Positions 41,422 through 50,849 of a DNA stretch of 64,000 bases are shown one piece after another. Made by a program: the position numbers and the translations under genes. The DNA is from Candidatus Latescibacterota bacterium. GTDB taxonomy: Bacteria > Latescibacterota > UBA2968 > UBA8231. How positions within the stretch are numbered: the stretch's first letter is position 1; each line of letters starts with the position of its first letter. The notes under the pieces were generated by a model. It was not told the origin of the DNA. It saw only the letters and a program-made list of their open reading frames with translations, and did not search any database. The DNA lies in contig CBDCNM010000002.1 of the NCBI GenBank assembly GCA_965219385.1, positions 3,110,305 to 3,174,304 on the forward strand, read 5' to 3'.

Positions 41422-41595
41422 TCAATTTCCTTCGGCCACGTACACAGCGTACAGGTTTGCATCTTCCGGCCTCGTGCCGATCCAACTCACCTTGACTCTG
41501 AAGGGCCGTTCCAACCCCTTTAGAGCCTGCTTCCCCTGCCAGACGACGGGGAGTCTCAGTCCGGATTCGGTTAGCTGGATACAGTCACCGCCGGT
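41422..41595 (-). pseudogene. C-terminal relic of a propeller glycosidase-like protein
   Basis: 'DCIQL...LRLPVVWQG...FRVKV...LYAVYV*' resembles the C-terminal beta domain of such proteins; no upstream coding continuity. Confidence 0.4.
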
Positions 41596-41646
41596 AGAGA
41601 CGCCGAGAAAAAATCTGCGCAATCGCCGCCCGTGCCGCCAGAATTC

Positions 41647-41679
41647 CTTGACTTTCCCAGCGAAAAGTCTCTTTATCTT
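41647..41679 (+). promoter_or_regulatory. Shared upstream motif, copy 2
   Basis: CTTGACT TTCCCAGCG AAAAG TCTCTT TATCTT. Confidence 0.55.
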
Positions 41680-41707
41680 TCCGGTAGACACAGAAAGGAG
41701 CGCGGAC

Positions 41708-42376
41708 ATGAGGCTTGTTATCACAGGGTGCGAGTATGCCGGGACGACGACGCTGACGGACAATATAGGAGCCTGGGTCGAGCGGAGCATGGGGGGCCAT
41801 ATGCCCAAGCACGACCACTGGAAGATCCCCGAGCTCTCCCATCGGCTCCACTCCAGGGAGGAGAACGAAGCCTTCCTGGCGCTGAGCCCCGCACTGCAGG
41901 AGAGCTTCCAGCGCTATCACATGGAATACCACCTGTCGGAGAGCTTCTACAGCGGGGCACACCACGTTTTGGTGGGATTCCACATCGACGAGGCGGTCTA
42001 CGCACCGCACTACTATGGCTACGGCGGACCGGACGAATACTCCGACCGCGCTTTGTACGCCCGCCAAGTCGAAGGCCAGATACTGGACATTGCCCGCGAC
42101 ACGGTGCTGATCCACCTCAAGGCTTCTCCCGCGGCGATCCGCGAGCGCATGAAGAAGGAGCCGCGGGAGTTCGGGGTTGTAAAAGATGAAGACGTCGAGT
42201 ACATCCTGCAACGGTTCGAGGAGGAGTACACGAGGTCGTTTCTCCGGCAGAAGATCCAAATCGACAACACCGACCTGACGCCGGCGCAGACCCTGGCCAG
42301 GTTTGTAGAGGAGATCCAGCCCCACCTCTCCGAGGCGGACAGAGCACGGATCCTGACGCGAAACCTACCGGCCTAG
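41708..42376 (+). CDS. P-loop NMP-kinase-like protein with degenerate Walker A
   Basis: MRLVITGCEYAGTTT; 'LIHLKASP..IRER', 'IDNTD'; AAGGAG RBS. Confidence 0.7.
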   Translation: MRLVITGCEYAGTTTLTDNIGAWVERSMGGHMPKHDHWKIPELSHRLHSREENEAFLALSPALQESFQRYHMEYHLSESFYSGAHHVLVGFHIDEAVYAPHYYGYGGPDEYSDRALYARQVEGQILDIARDTVLIHLKASPAAIRERMKKEPREFGVVKDEDVEYILQRFEEEYTRSFLRQKIQIDNTDLTPAQTLARFVEEIQPHLSEADRARILTRNLPA

Positions 42377-42432
42377 GCGATTCTCATAGATCGCGAAATC
42401 TGTGGGCCCCAGGCCGGTCGCTCCCGGACGAG

Positions 42433-43655
42433 CTACACCCGGTCCCACCCCTTTATAACGCCCGCGACCTCGAGATCCTCCGGCATTTCGTAGAAGTAGT
42501 AGCGCGACGGCCGGTCCTCGAACGGCGGCGGCGCGAGTTTGGTGTCGGCCTGCAAAGCCTCATCGAGCGGCCGGAATCGCTCCCACATTGCCTTTCCCTC
42601 CTCCGGCGAAAAGCGCTCGGCGAACTCAGGGCCCCAGTCCAGGGTCAGGGGGTGCAGAGCCGCCGCACGGGTGCGGCGGCTCTGCGGTAGGGACTCCGAG
42701 TCGGGGCGGCGGAGGTCATTGACGCTCCTGGCCGTCTTGCTCAGCCATATCGACGTGAGGCTTCTCCCTTTGTCGCCCCGGCCGGGGTGAAGCTCCTCGA
42801 GCGTGGCGTGGTAGCGGGCGCTGTCTCTGGCGATGGCCGCACGCAGGGCCGCCTCGGTCAGATCCTGGGTCTGTTCGCTGCGCTGGTTCCAGCGCTCGAA
42901 GCGCGCGCGCCGGCGGACAGATGCCCGGCGTAGCTGATATCGTGATGCTTGGTGTACAGCGAGAAGCCGCCGTGCAGGGTGCGCCGCAAGGTGGTGTCGT
43001 AGTGGCTGCCCCAGTGCAGGATCGGGGTGATGTAGACGACGCCGTCCCCGGCTTTGAGATGGGTCTGCACGCCGCCCGGAAAGGGCATTCGTTCGTCGAC
43101 GCGCAGCTGCTGGTTTTCTTCTTGGGTGTTGAGCCGGCGATGGCTGCCGGGCATCACCCAGAGCACGTCGTCGTCGTAGAGTGGAATATTCCACTGCACA
43201 TACCGCGGACCGTTCTCGACGATGTCATCCGTGTACGCCTGTATAGGGGCACTGAAGGGAGGGTACACATCGCGGTGCCAGCCTTTGTGGCCGCCGGTGC
43301 CGTGATCGCGGACCGGACTGCACATCATCATCATCTCGGTCACCCCTGCGTCCTCGACGGCCAGCAACTCGCTGCTGACACCCTGGATGTTTTCGTGCAG
43401 CCAGACCTCTATGGCGGCGATGCTGTGCTGGTCGACCTGATCCGCTATCTGCTCTGTCATCACGCGCGGCTGTGCTGATTTTTCCCACTCGCCACCCGGT
43501 GGATCGTCGGGCCGGCGCGCGCGCGCCCACACTGCCTTCTGCTTCTCGAGCAGACTCTGACAGCTCTGGCGCAGGGGCTCGAAGTCGCCGGACGGAATGA
43601 CCTGGCGGAGGATCAGGTAGCCTTCTTCGAGAAAGCGATCGCGATTGATGTTCAT
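42433..43655 (-). pseudogene. PhyH family dioxygenase with C-terminal extension, frameshifted at a (GC)5 run
   Basis: WHRD, PGSH, LHWG in 42858..43655 frame; coding continues 'RFERW...' in the 42433 frame from about 42900. Confidence 0.75.
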
Positions 43656-43676
43656 GGGCTCCTCAAGCGCGGATTT

Positions 43677-44912
43677 CTACCAGCAGGGGGCACCGTTCTT
43701 GACGTAGTCGTCAATCTGTTTTGCCTGGTCGGCGGGAATCCCCCCTGGAAAACAGCCCGGGTTTGCGTCCACGTAGCGCACGATTTCGACGGCCGCGCCG
43801 ATGGACGCCCGCATCGCCTCGGGGCTGACGTCTTGGCTGATATCGGCGCGGGTGTGCCACGTCAGCTGGGGCCCGCGCTGGAACCACAATGTCGGGACAC
43901 CGTGCGCGCTGAGAAAAGCCTGATCCAGCCCCGTGAATTGGTGCTGAATGGCGACGACGTACCCCACATGGGCGCAACGCGCGCGCACCAGATCGACCAG
44001 CCCCTCCTGTCCCATCAAGTGGATGTTGTTCCGTCCGAGGAAATCCCCCTGGCCGTCGAAATATATGCCGAGCTCGGTCTGGGCCAGCGCCTCGGCGTGC
44101 TGCTCGGCGTAGGCCGCGGCCCCGTACAATCCGATCTCCTCGGCGCTGAAATTCACGAAGTCGATGGTCACATCCAGATCGAGCTGACTCAGGCTGCGCA
44201 CCACTTCCAGCGCGCACGCGGCACCTGTGGCGTTATCCGCCGCGGCTCCGCCCGCCGGGACGGAATCGTAGTGCCCGCTGATGTTGATGCGGCGCGCGCC
44301 CTTGGATGAACCCGGCAGGGTCGCCACGACGTTGTAGCCGGTCACGTCTTCGATCTTCGTCTCGATCTCGAGCCGGACCCGCTCGACGCCGTGGCGCACC
44401 AGATTGACGCCGTCCGCGAATCCGAGCGTGACCATGGGCAACCGGCCGGTCAGGGCCGTGGTTGGTCCGATAATCTGATGCCACGCCAGGGCTTTCTCCT
44501 CCGTCACCAGAACAACCCCGGCCGGCCGGTTGTCGAGCAGCACCTTCTCGTCGGGGAGCCCGTTGTAGAACAAAGCGATCCGGCCGGCAATCCGCGCGCC
44601 CACCTCATCCGGCTTCTCGCACACCACCAGCTCGGCCTCGACGCCCTCCCGGGGTGTAGACGCACTGAACTCGATCGGCAGGGCTTCGATGGAACCCAGT
44701 TGGTCGCAGTCCACCTTGCAAACCTCGAAGTCCCAGCTGCGCGCCGCGAACGCCTCGGTGCCCACACCCTCACAACCCCACTTCTTCAGCTGCTGGGACT
44801 GGTAGTCGGCGGCGCGGCGTTCGCCCTCGAAACCGGTGGGGCGTTTGCCGATGGTATCCACCAGATACCGTACGTGGTCGAGGCCGTCACCGATGACCAA
44901 ATTGTCGCTCAT
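43677..44912 (-). CDS. M28 family peptidase with PA domain
   Basis: GHYDS, ADNATG, AEEIGLYG, WHTRAD. Confidence 0.9.
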   Translation of the reverse strand: MSDNLVIGDGLDHVRYLVDTIGKRPTGFEGERRAADYQSQQLKKWGCEGVGTEAFAARSWDFEVCKVDCDQLGSIEALPIEFSASTPREGVEAELVVCEKPDEVGARIAGRIALFYNGLPDEKVLLDNRPAGVVLVTEEKALAWHQIIGPTTALTGRLPMVTLGFADGVNLVRHGVERVRLEIETKIEDVTGYNVVATLPGSSKGARRINISGHYDSVPAGGAAADNATGAACALEVVRSLSQLDLDVTIDFVNFSAEEIGLYGAAAYAEQHAEALAQTELGIYFDGQGDFLGRNNIHLMGQEGLVDLVRARCAHVGYVVAIQHQFTGLDQAFLSAHGVPTLWFQRGPQLTWHTRADISQDVSPEAMRASIGAAVEIVRYVDANPGCFPGGIPADQAKQIDDYVKNGAPCW

Positions 44913-45033
44913 ATTCTACCTCTTCCTTTCGAGAACCAGTCGGGCGACCAGATCTTGATCGTCGGTCAGCCATTGGAGCGAGAATCCAACTTCAGAGGTT
45001 TCCTCTGCTGAAAGGACCGCAATCTGGTCGCTA

Positions 45034-45067
45034 CTTGACCATACGGCGGAAAAGTCCTTTATATAAT
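45034..45067 (+). promoter_or_regulatory. Shared upstream motif, copy 3
   Basis: CTTGACC ATACGGCGG AAAAG TCCTTTA TATAAT. Confidence 0.55.
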
Positions 45068-45115
45068 ACGCTGGAAGCCATCTCAAAACAACCCTGAAAT
45101 CGAATGGAGCAGATC

Positions 45116-46198
45116 ATGTCCGACGCCACCCAACGTCTGGTCTTCATCACTTCGTGCACCACCGGCGATGATGGTGCCATCACCGCATTCAACCTGGATA
45201 CCGCCACCGGGGCCCTGGAGCTATTGCAGCGCAACACCGATGTCGAGAACCCATTCTTCACCGCCCTGTCGCCCGACCGGAAATTCCTTTATTCGGTCCA
45301 CACACCGGGTAGCCTTGACCGCGAGCCAGGGTCCATCGCCGCGTTCGAGATCGTCGGCGACTCGGGGGCGTTGCGCAAGATCAACCAGCAACCCGCCAGA
45401 GGCGTCACCACCTGTTACGTCGACGTAGACCCGACTGGCAAAGCGGTTGTGTGCGCCAATTATACCTCCGGCAGCGTCGGGGCGTATCCGGTGCGGACGG
45501 ACGGCTCGCTCGGCGAGATGACCTCTTTTATCGAACACCAGGGCGCCAGCCTGGTCAACCCGGGCCGGCAGGAAGCCGCGCACGCGCACTGCGCCGTAGT
45601 CAGTCCCAGCGGCCAGCACGTGTACGCCGCCGATCTGGGCACCGATCAGATCCTCGGCTACGCCCTCGATGCCGCGTCGGCCACCCTGACGCCGCTCGAC
45701 CAGTCGTATGTGCGCACCATCGGCGGTGGCGGACCCCGCCACCTTACCTACCATCCCCAGGGGGGGTATGTGTACGCAAACAACGAACTGGCCAACTCGG
45801 TAAATGTGTACAGCTACGACGAAGGTGCGGGGTTGCTGATCGAGCGCCAGGTGATCTCGACGTTACCGGATGGTTTTGAGGGGGAAAGTTATACGGCGGA
45901 TATCAAGATCACCCCAGACGGCAACCATCTGTACTGCTCGAATCGCATGCACGACAGCATTGCGATCTACCGCATCGGCGAGGATGGCTGCCTGACCCTG
46001 GTCGATATCCCATCGAGTCTGGGCAATTTTGCCCAGAATCTGGCGATTACCCCGGACGGCAGCATGCTCCTGTGTGCGAACATGCAAGGCGACGATGCGA
46101 ACGTGGCCGTGTTTCGCATCGATGCTGCCAGCGGTAAATTATCGGCGGTTGGCGAGCCGTTGGGGTTTATCGAGCCGTCTTGTATCGTGATCGTTTAA
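45116..46198 (+). CDS. Lactonase family protein (6-phosphogluconolactonase, cycloisomerase-2 propeller)
   Basis: ANYTSGS, RQEAAHAH, DLGTD, GPRH, NEL, SNR. Confidence 0.9.
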   Translation: MSDATQRLVFITSCTTGDDGAITAFNLDTATGALELLQRNTDVENPFFTALSPDRKFLYSVHTPGSLDREPGSIAAFEIVGDSGALRKINQQPARGVTTCYVDVDPTGKAVVCANYTSGSVGAYPVRTDGSLGEMTSFIEHQGASLVNPGRQEAAHAHCAVVSPSGQHVYAADLGTDQILGYALDAASATLTPLDQSYVRTIGGGGPRHLTYHPQGGYVYANNELANSVNVYSYDEGAGLLIERQVISTLPDGFEGESYTADIKITPDGNHLYCSNRMHDSIAIYRIGEDGCLTLVDIPSSLGNFAQNLAITPDGSMLLCANMQGDDANVAVFRIDAASGKLSAVGEPLGFIEPSCIVIV

Positions 46199-46213
46199 AA
46201 GAAATTGGGAAGA

Positions 46214-47452
46214 ATGGCAGCTCTTACCGGAAGTCCCCAAGAAACGCCTGCGAAGCGGCCGCAGCTCGCCGCCCTCGTGACCGAGTACCGCAAGTACTCG
46301 CACGGCCAGAACATTGTCGACCGGTTTCTGGGCGGATACGGCTGGGAAAGCTGCTGGCACTACCCGGAAATGGACATCGTGTCGCTCTACGTGGATCAGT
46401 TTCCCGAATCCGACCTCAGCCGCGAGCGCGTGGCCCGCTACCCCGACCTGAAGATCTACCCTACGATCGCCGAGGCCCTGACGCAGGGGGGCAGTCAGCT
46501 GGCCGTTGACGGCGTCCTCCTGATCGCCGAACACGGGCACTATCCCAGGAACGAGAAGGGCCAGACCCTGTGGCCGCGCTACGATTTCTTTCGCGAGGTT
46601 GTCGAGGTCTTCCAGGCCAGTGGGCAAAGCGTGCCGGTCTTTTGCGACAAGCACCTTTCCTGGGACTGGGAAAGGGCGCTCGAAATGGTCGAGACCAGCC
46701 GTGACCTCGGCTTTCCGCTGATGGCGGGTTCGTCGCTGCCGGTGTGTCGGCGCATCCCCTCCATCGACATGCCCTGGGGAGCCGAAGTCGAGGAGATCGT
46801 CAGCGTCGGGGTGGGCGGCATTGACGGCTACGACATCCACTCGCTCGAGGGGATGCAGTGCCTGGCGGAGCGGCGCCAGGGCGGCGAGACCGGGGTGGTG
46901 TCGATCCAGGCTCTGCGCGGCGAGACCGTCTGGCAGGCGCTGGGCTCGGGCTCGTGGGAGTCCGGGGGCTGCGCCCCGGCGCTGTTCGAGGCCTGTCTGT
47001 GCCGCAGCCTGAGTCTGGAACCGGCGGAGGAGAGCTATCGCCACATCTACCCTGAGCTGGAAGATTTGCCGCGCCTGGTGCAGTCGCCGCCGGTGGCCTA
47101 CCGGTTCGAGTACGCCGACGGTCTGCGCGCCACCATGCTGTTGATGGAGGGGCTGGTGCACGACATCACGGTCGCCGCCCGCTTGAAGGGCCAGCCCGAT
47201 CCCCTGGCGCTTCTTTTTTATCTGGGCTCGGGCCATGAGATGCAACCCAACTTCTTCAACCCGCTGTGTCACCACATGGAGCGCATGATCGCGACCGGCC
47301 AGCCGCCCTACCCGGTCGAGCGGACCCTCCTGACGACCGGATTGACCGCGGCCGGTATCGAGTCGCTCTGGCTGGAGCAAAAACCACTGGATACGCCCCA
47401 CCTGGCCATCGAGTACCAGGCGGAAGAAGAATCGACATTTGAGAGAAGATGA
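46214..47452 (+). CDS. Uncharacterised Gfo/Idh/MocA-like oxidoreductase
   Basis: VDGVLLIAEHG, FCDKHLS, MAGSSLP, PYPVERTLL; paralogue of next gene. Confidence 0.6.
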   Translation: MAALTGSPQETPAKRPQLAALVTEYRKYSHGQNIVDRFLGGYGWESCWHYPEMDIVSLYVDQFPESDLSRERVARYPDLKIYPTIAEALTQGGSQLAVDGVLLIAEHGHYPRNEKGQTLWPRYDFFREVVEVFQASGQSVPVFCDKHLSWDWERALEMVETSRDLGFPLMAGSSLPVCRRIPSIDMPWGAEVEEIVSVGVGGIDGYDIHSLEGMQCLAERRQGGETGVVSIQALRGETVWQALGSGSWESGGCAPALFEACLCRSLSLEPAEESYRHIYPELEDLPRLVQSPPVAYRFEYADGLRATMLLMEGLVHDITVAARLKGQPDPLALLFYLGSGHEMQPNFFNPLCHHMERMIATGQPPYPVERTLLTTGLTAAGIESLWLEQKPLDTPHLAIEYQAEEESTFERR

Positions 47453-48648
47453 TGCCCGATCAAAAACGCAAGAAACTGGCCCTCATCACCACCGTCTGGC
47501 AATGGCGCAGCCACGCCAATCACATGGGCGAGCGCTTCCTGAACGGTTATCCGCTCAACGGCAGGTGGCACCGTCCAGAGATGGACGTGGCCGGCGTCTA
47601 TGTCGATCAGTGCCCCGAAGGCGACCTGAGCCGGCAGCGGGCCGACAGGCACGGTTTCGAGATCTACCCCACGATCGCCGAGACCTTGTGTCTGGGCACC
47701 GACAGGATGGGGATCGACGCCGTGTTGCTCATCGGTGAACACGGCGAATACCCCGCCAACGAAAAGGGGCAGAAACTCTATCCGCGCTACGAGTTCTTCG
47801 AGCAGATCGTGGATGTCTTCAGGCAGGATGGCCGCGCTGTGCCGGTGTTTAACGACAAGCATCTTTCCTACAGCTTCGACAAGGCACAGCGCATGGTGGC
47901 GGCCTCGAAGGAGTTGGGGTTCCCGTTCCTGGCCGGCTCATCCCTGCCGGTCACCTTCCGGCTGCCGCCGCTGGAGCTGCCCATAGGCTGCGACATCGAG
48001 GATGCCCTCATGATCGGGGTCGGTGGCTCGGATGCCATGGACTACCATGCGCTGGAAGCGATGCAGTGCATGGTCGAACGCCGGCGCGGTGGCGAGACCG
48101 GGGTGCGGGCGGTGCAACTCATCGAAGGCGACGAGGTGTGGCGCGCCGGCCAGGACGGCCGCTGGTCGGGGCGCTTGCTCGAAGGCTCCCTGGCCCGCTC
48201 CGACTCGCGCAGCGGCATTGCTCTGAGCGACGGCAGACCGCAGGACCTGGCTCACAGTGGCGAGCTCGAGCAGTTGGTAGAGAAGCCGGCGGCCTATTTC
48301 ATCGAGTACAACGGTGGCTTCAGGGCCACCCTGCTGATGCTCAACGGCGCCGTCCAGGACTACACCTTTGCCGCACAGGTCCGGGATCTGCCCCAGGTGC
48401 AGTCGACCCAGTTCCTGCTGCCCGGGCAGCCCAACGTCGCTTATTCAGCCTGTCTCATGGGCAAGGTGGAAGAAATGATCTTTTCCGGCCGCGCGCCGTA
48501 TCCGGTGGAGCGTACGCTTCTGGTGAGCGGCACGCTGGAGCGCTGCCTCGAGTCGCGCATCAGCGGTCAGCGCCGGCTGGAAACGCCCGAGTTGAAGGTT
48601 TCCTACCAGGCGCCCAGAGCGTCGCATTTCTGTGGAGCACCTGCTTAA
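47449..48648 (+). CDS. Uncharacterised Gfo/Idh/MocA-like oxidoreductase (tandem paralogue)
   Basis: IDAVLLIGEHG, FNDKHLS, LAGSSLP, PYPVERTLL; ATGA overlap. Confidence 0.6.
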   Translation: MMPDQKRKKLALITTVWQWRSHANHMGERFLNGYPLNGRWHRPEMDVAGVYVDQCPEGDLSRQRADRHGFEIYPTIAETLCLGTDRMGIDAVLLIGEHGEYPANEKGQKLYPRYEFFEQIVDVFRQDGRAVPVFNDKHLSYSFDKAQRMVAASKELGFPFLAGSSLPVTFRLPPLELPIGCDIEDALMIGVGGSDAMDYHALEAMQCMVERRRGGETGVRAVQLIEGDEVWRAGQDGRWSGRLLEGSLARSDSRSGIALSDGRPQDLAHSGELEQLVEKPAAYFIEYNGGFRATLLMLNGAVQDYTFAAQVRDLPQVQSTQFLLPGQPNVAYSACLMGKVEEMIFSGRAPYPVERTLLVSGTLERCLESRISGQRRLETPELKVSYQAPRASHFCGAPA

Positions 48649-48813
48649 AACACACAACGATGTGGACATCCTATACCCGACTGCCAGAATGCCCCCTGGA
48701 ACAAAGGCAGCTTCAACTCCGCGGTCCTGGGCATCAGCGCGGTCGTGATCTGGTCGCCGTATCCGCAATTCAACAGAGATCCTGCATGAACATCAGCGAG
48801 GTGTGATCCAGGC

Positions 48814-49707
48814 ATGGCACGCACAAGCTACAGCACGTCGGGATTTAAAGATCATCAACTCGCACCGACGCTGGACGCGATCGCGGCCGCCGGATTCCGT
48901 TGCGTTGAGTACTCCATCGACTCCCACGCATCGGAGGATCGCCCCGGCCGCTTCGCCACAGAGGCCGGCCGCCAGCTCGAACGGTGCGGATTGTCCGCCA
49001 CCACGGTCCACGGCCCGGCGCGCACCAACGTGCTCGGCGCGCCGACCGAAGAGTGGCGCAAGGAAAAAGTAGGCGTGCTGGCGGACGCGCTGAGATTCTC
49101 GGGACAGATCGGCGCCGCGGGGATGGTGATCCACGGCATCCCGAACCCCATGTTCCTGCCGCAAGACCAGGAGATGCGGTCCCTGTACCAGCCGATGGTG
49201 GCGGCCATGAAGCGATCTGTCGAGGAGTTGATTCCCGTGGCAGCGGAAACCGGCGTCAGATTATTGCTCGAGAACTTGCCCTACAACCGCGACCTGGAGC
49301 CGTTTGATGGGCCCGGGTCCATCGGCGGTGGCGGCGATTACCCGCTGATGAAGATCGCGGAACTCAGGGCGTTTATAGAAGAATTTCCCCCCGATCAGGT
49401 CGGCCTGGTCGTCGACACCGGTCACGCCTGGACCGAGGGAACAGACCCGGTGAGCGAGATCATGGCGGCCGGGGACCGACTATGGGCCACCCACTTGCAA
49501 GACGTAGACGCCGACCAACCGGCGGACAATCACTGGGTCCCTACCCAGGGCGGCTTGAAGTGGGACCAGATTCTCGCAGCGCTGAAAAACATAGATTACC
49601 GTGGGGCCTACACCTTTGAAGTGATCAACAGCCGCCACGGTGAGACTCCTGAACGACTCGCCCAACTGGCCTGGGAAGTGGCCAGGAAGTGGGGCCTGCC
49701 GGACTAG
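48814..49707 (+). CDS. Sugar phosphate isomerase/epimerase (xylose-isomerase-like TIM barrel)
   Basis: LLEN, DTGH, HLQD, DNHWVP, FE metal motifs. Confidence 0.88.
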   Translation: MARTSYSTSGFKDHQLAPTLDAIAAAGFRCVEYSIDSHASEDRPGRFATEAGRQLERCGLSATTVHGPARTNVLGAPTEEWRKEKVGVLADALRFSGQIGAAGMVIHGIPNPMFLPQDQEMRSLYQPMVAAMKRSVEELIPVAAETGVRLLLENLPYNRDLEPFDGPGSIGGGGDYPLMKIAELRAFIEEFPPDQVGLVVDTGHAWTEGTDPVSEIMAAGDRLWATHLQDVDADQPADNHWVPTQGGLKWDQILAALKNIDYRGAYTFEVINSRHGETPERLAQLAWEVARKWGLPD

Positions 49708-49757
49708 TGCCGCGTAGCCTACCTTGCAGGCCTCGTCAAAATCCATGGAGGAATCCC

Positions 49758-50609
49758 ATGATCCTGACCGAGCAACAAAAGCGCTTTTTCGACGTCTTCG
49801 GCTATTTGAGCTTCCCCGGTCTCTTCGCCCGCCCAGCCGAAGCCATCGCCCAGGCCTTTGAGGCAGTGTGGGCCGAGCACGGCGGCGGTCACTACCAGCG
49901 CCCGCACGACCACCACCAGCGCTCGGCCCTCTTGCCCTTTATCGACCAGCACCCCTATCTGTGCGCGCTGCTCGACGACGAGCGCGTCGGAGGTATCGGA
50001 GGCGGTCTGCTGGGCGAGGATTTCAACTATATGTCGAGCGACGGCAACTACTACGTCGGCGACACGGCCTGGCATTCAGACGGGTACCAACGCTCCCCCG
50101 GCTACTGCTCGATCAAACTGGCCTTCTACCTCGATCAGGTAGGACGCGACAGCGGCTGCCTCCGGGTCATTCCGGGGAGCCATAAACTGGGCGACGCCTA
50201 CGCCGATGCGGTGCAGGAAACGCTCCCCTCCTCGACCGTCAATCGCACTGAGGAGATCTGGGGCATTCCCGGCACCGAGGTCCCCGCCCTGGCCCTGGAG
50301 ATCCAGCCGGGCGATCTGGTGGTCTTCAACCACCGCCTCAAACACGCCTCCTACGGCGGCGGCACCCGCCGCCGCATGTTCACCATCAATCTGCAGCAGC
50401 GCTTTCGGGAAGAAGACGAAGAGCTGCTGCGCAACTGCATAGGCAGTATGGCCCGCTTTTGGACCGAGCGGGCCTATGCCCCTATTATGGTGGAGACCGC
50501 CGGTCCAGCCCGCATGCGCCACCTGGAGCAGCGCCTGGCCCACGACGACCACCTGCCCGGCCTGGTGGCCAGGGCGCGGCAGACAATGACCGAACCAAGT
50601 CGTGGCTAA
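49758..50609 (+). CDS. PhyH family dioxygenase
   Basis: WHSD, GCLRVIPGSH, LKHAS...RR. Confidence 0.9.
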   Translation: MILTEQQKRFFDVFGYLSFPGLFARPAEAIAQAFEAVWAEHGGGHYQRPHDHHQRSALLPFIDQHPYLCALLDDERVGGIGGGLLGEDFNYMSSDGNYYVGDTAWHSDGYQRSPGYCSIKLAFYLDQVGRDSGCLRVIPGSHKLGDAYADAVQETLPSSTVNRTEEIWGIPGTEVPALALEIQPGDLVVFNHRLKHASYGGGTRRRMFTINLQQRFREEDEELLRNCIGSMARFWTERAYAPIMVETAGPARMRHLEQRLAHDDHLPGLVARARQTMTEPSRG

Positions 50610-50849
50610 GAGCCCGTACGAAAATCCCCGTCTGGGCGATGCTGCGATGGGACGAAGGAGGGCATTATGCTGGTTCCATATGCCCTCTTTTGTTGACGTG
50701 TTTTGCCGCTGTGGCTAATATCATTACTTCACGCAATACCGCAATTCTAAGGACCTCAGAAGCCGTCTTAAAATTCCAGGTGCACCCCGAGCCCGGCACA
50801 GCCGCCCGCCGATTTCGCGCAGTGCCGATCATCATTCGAGGAGGTAAGT

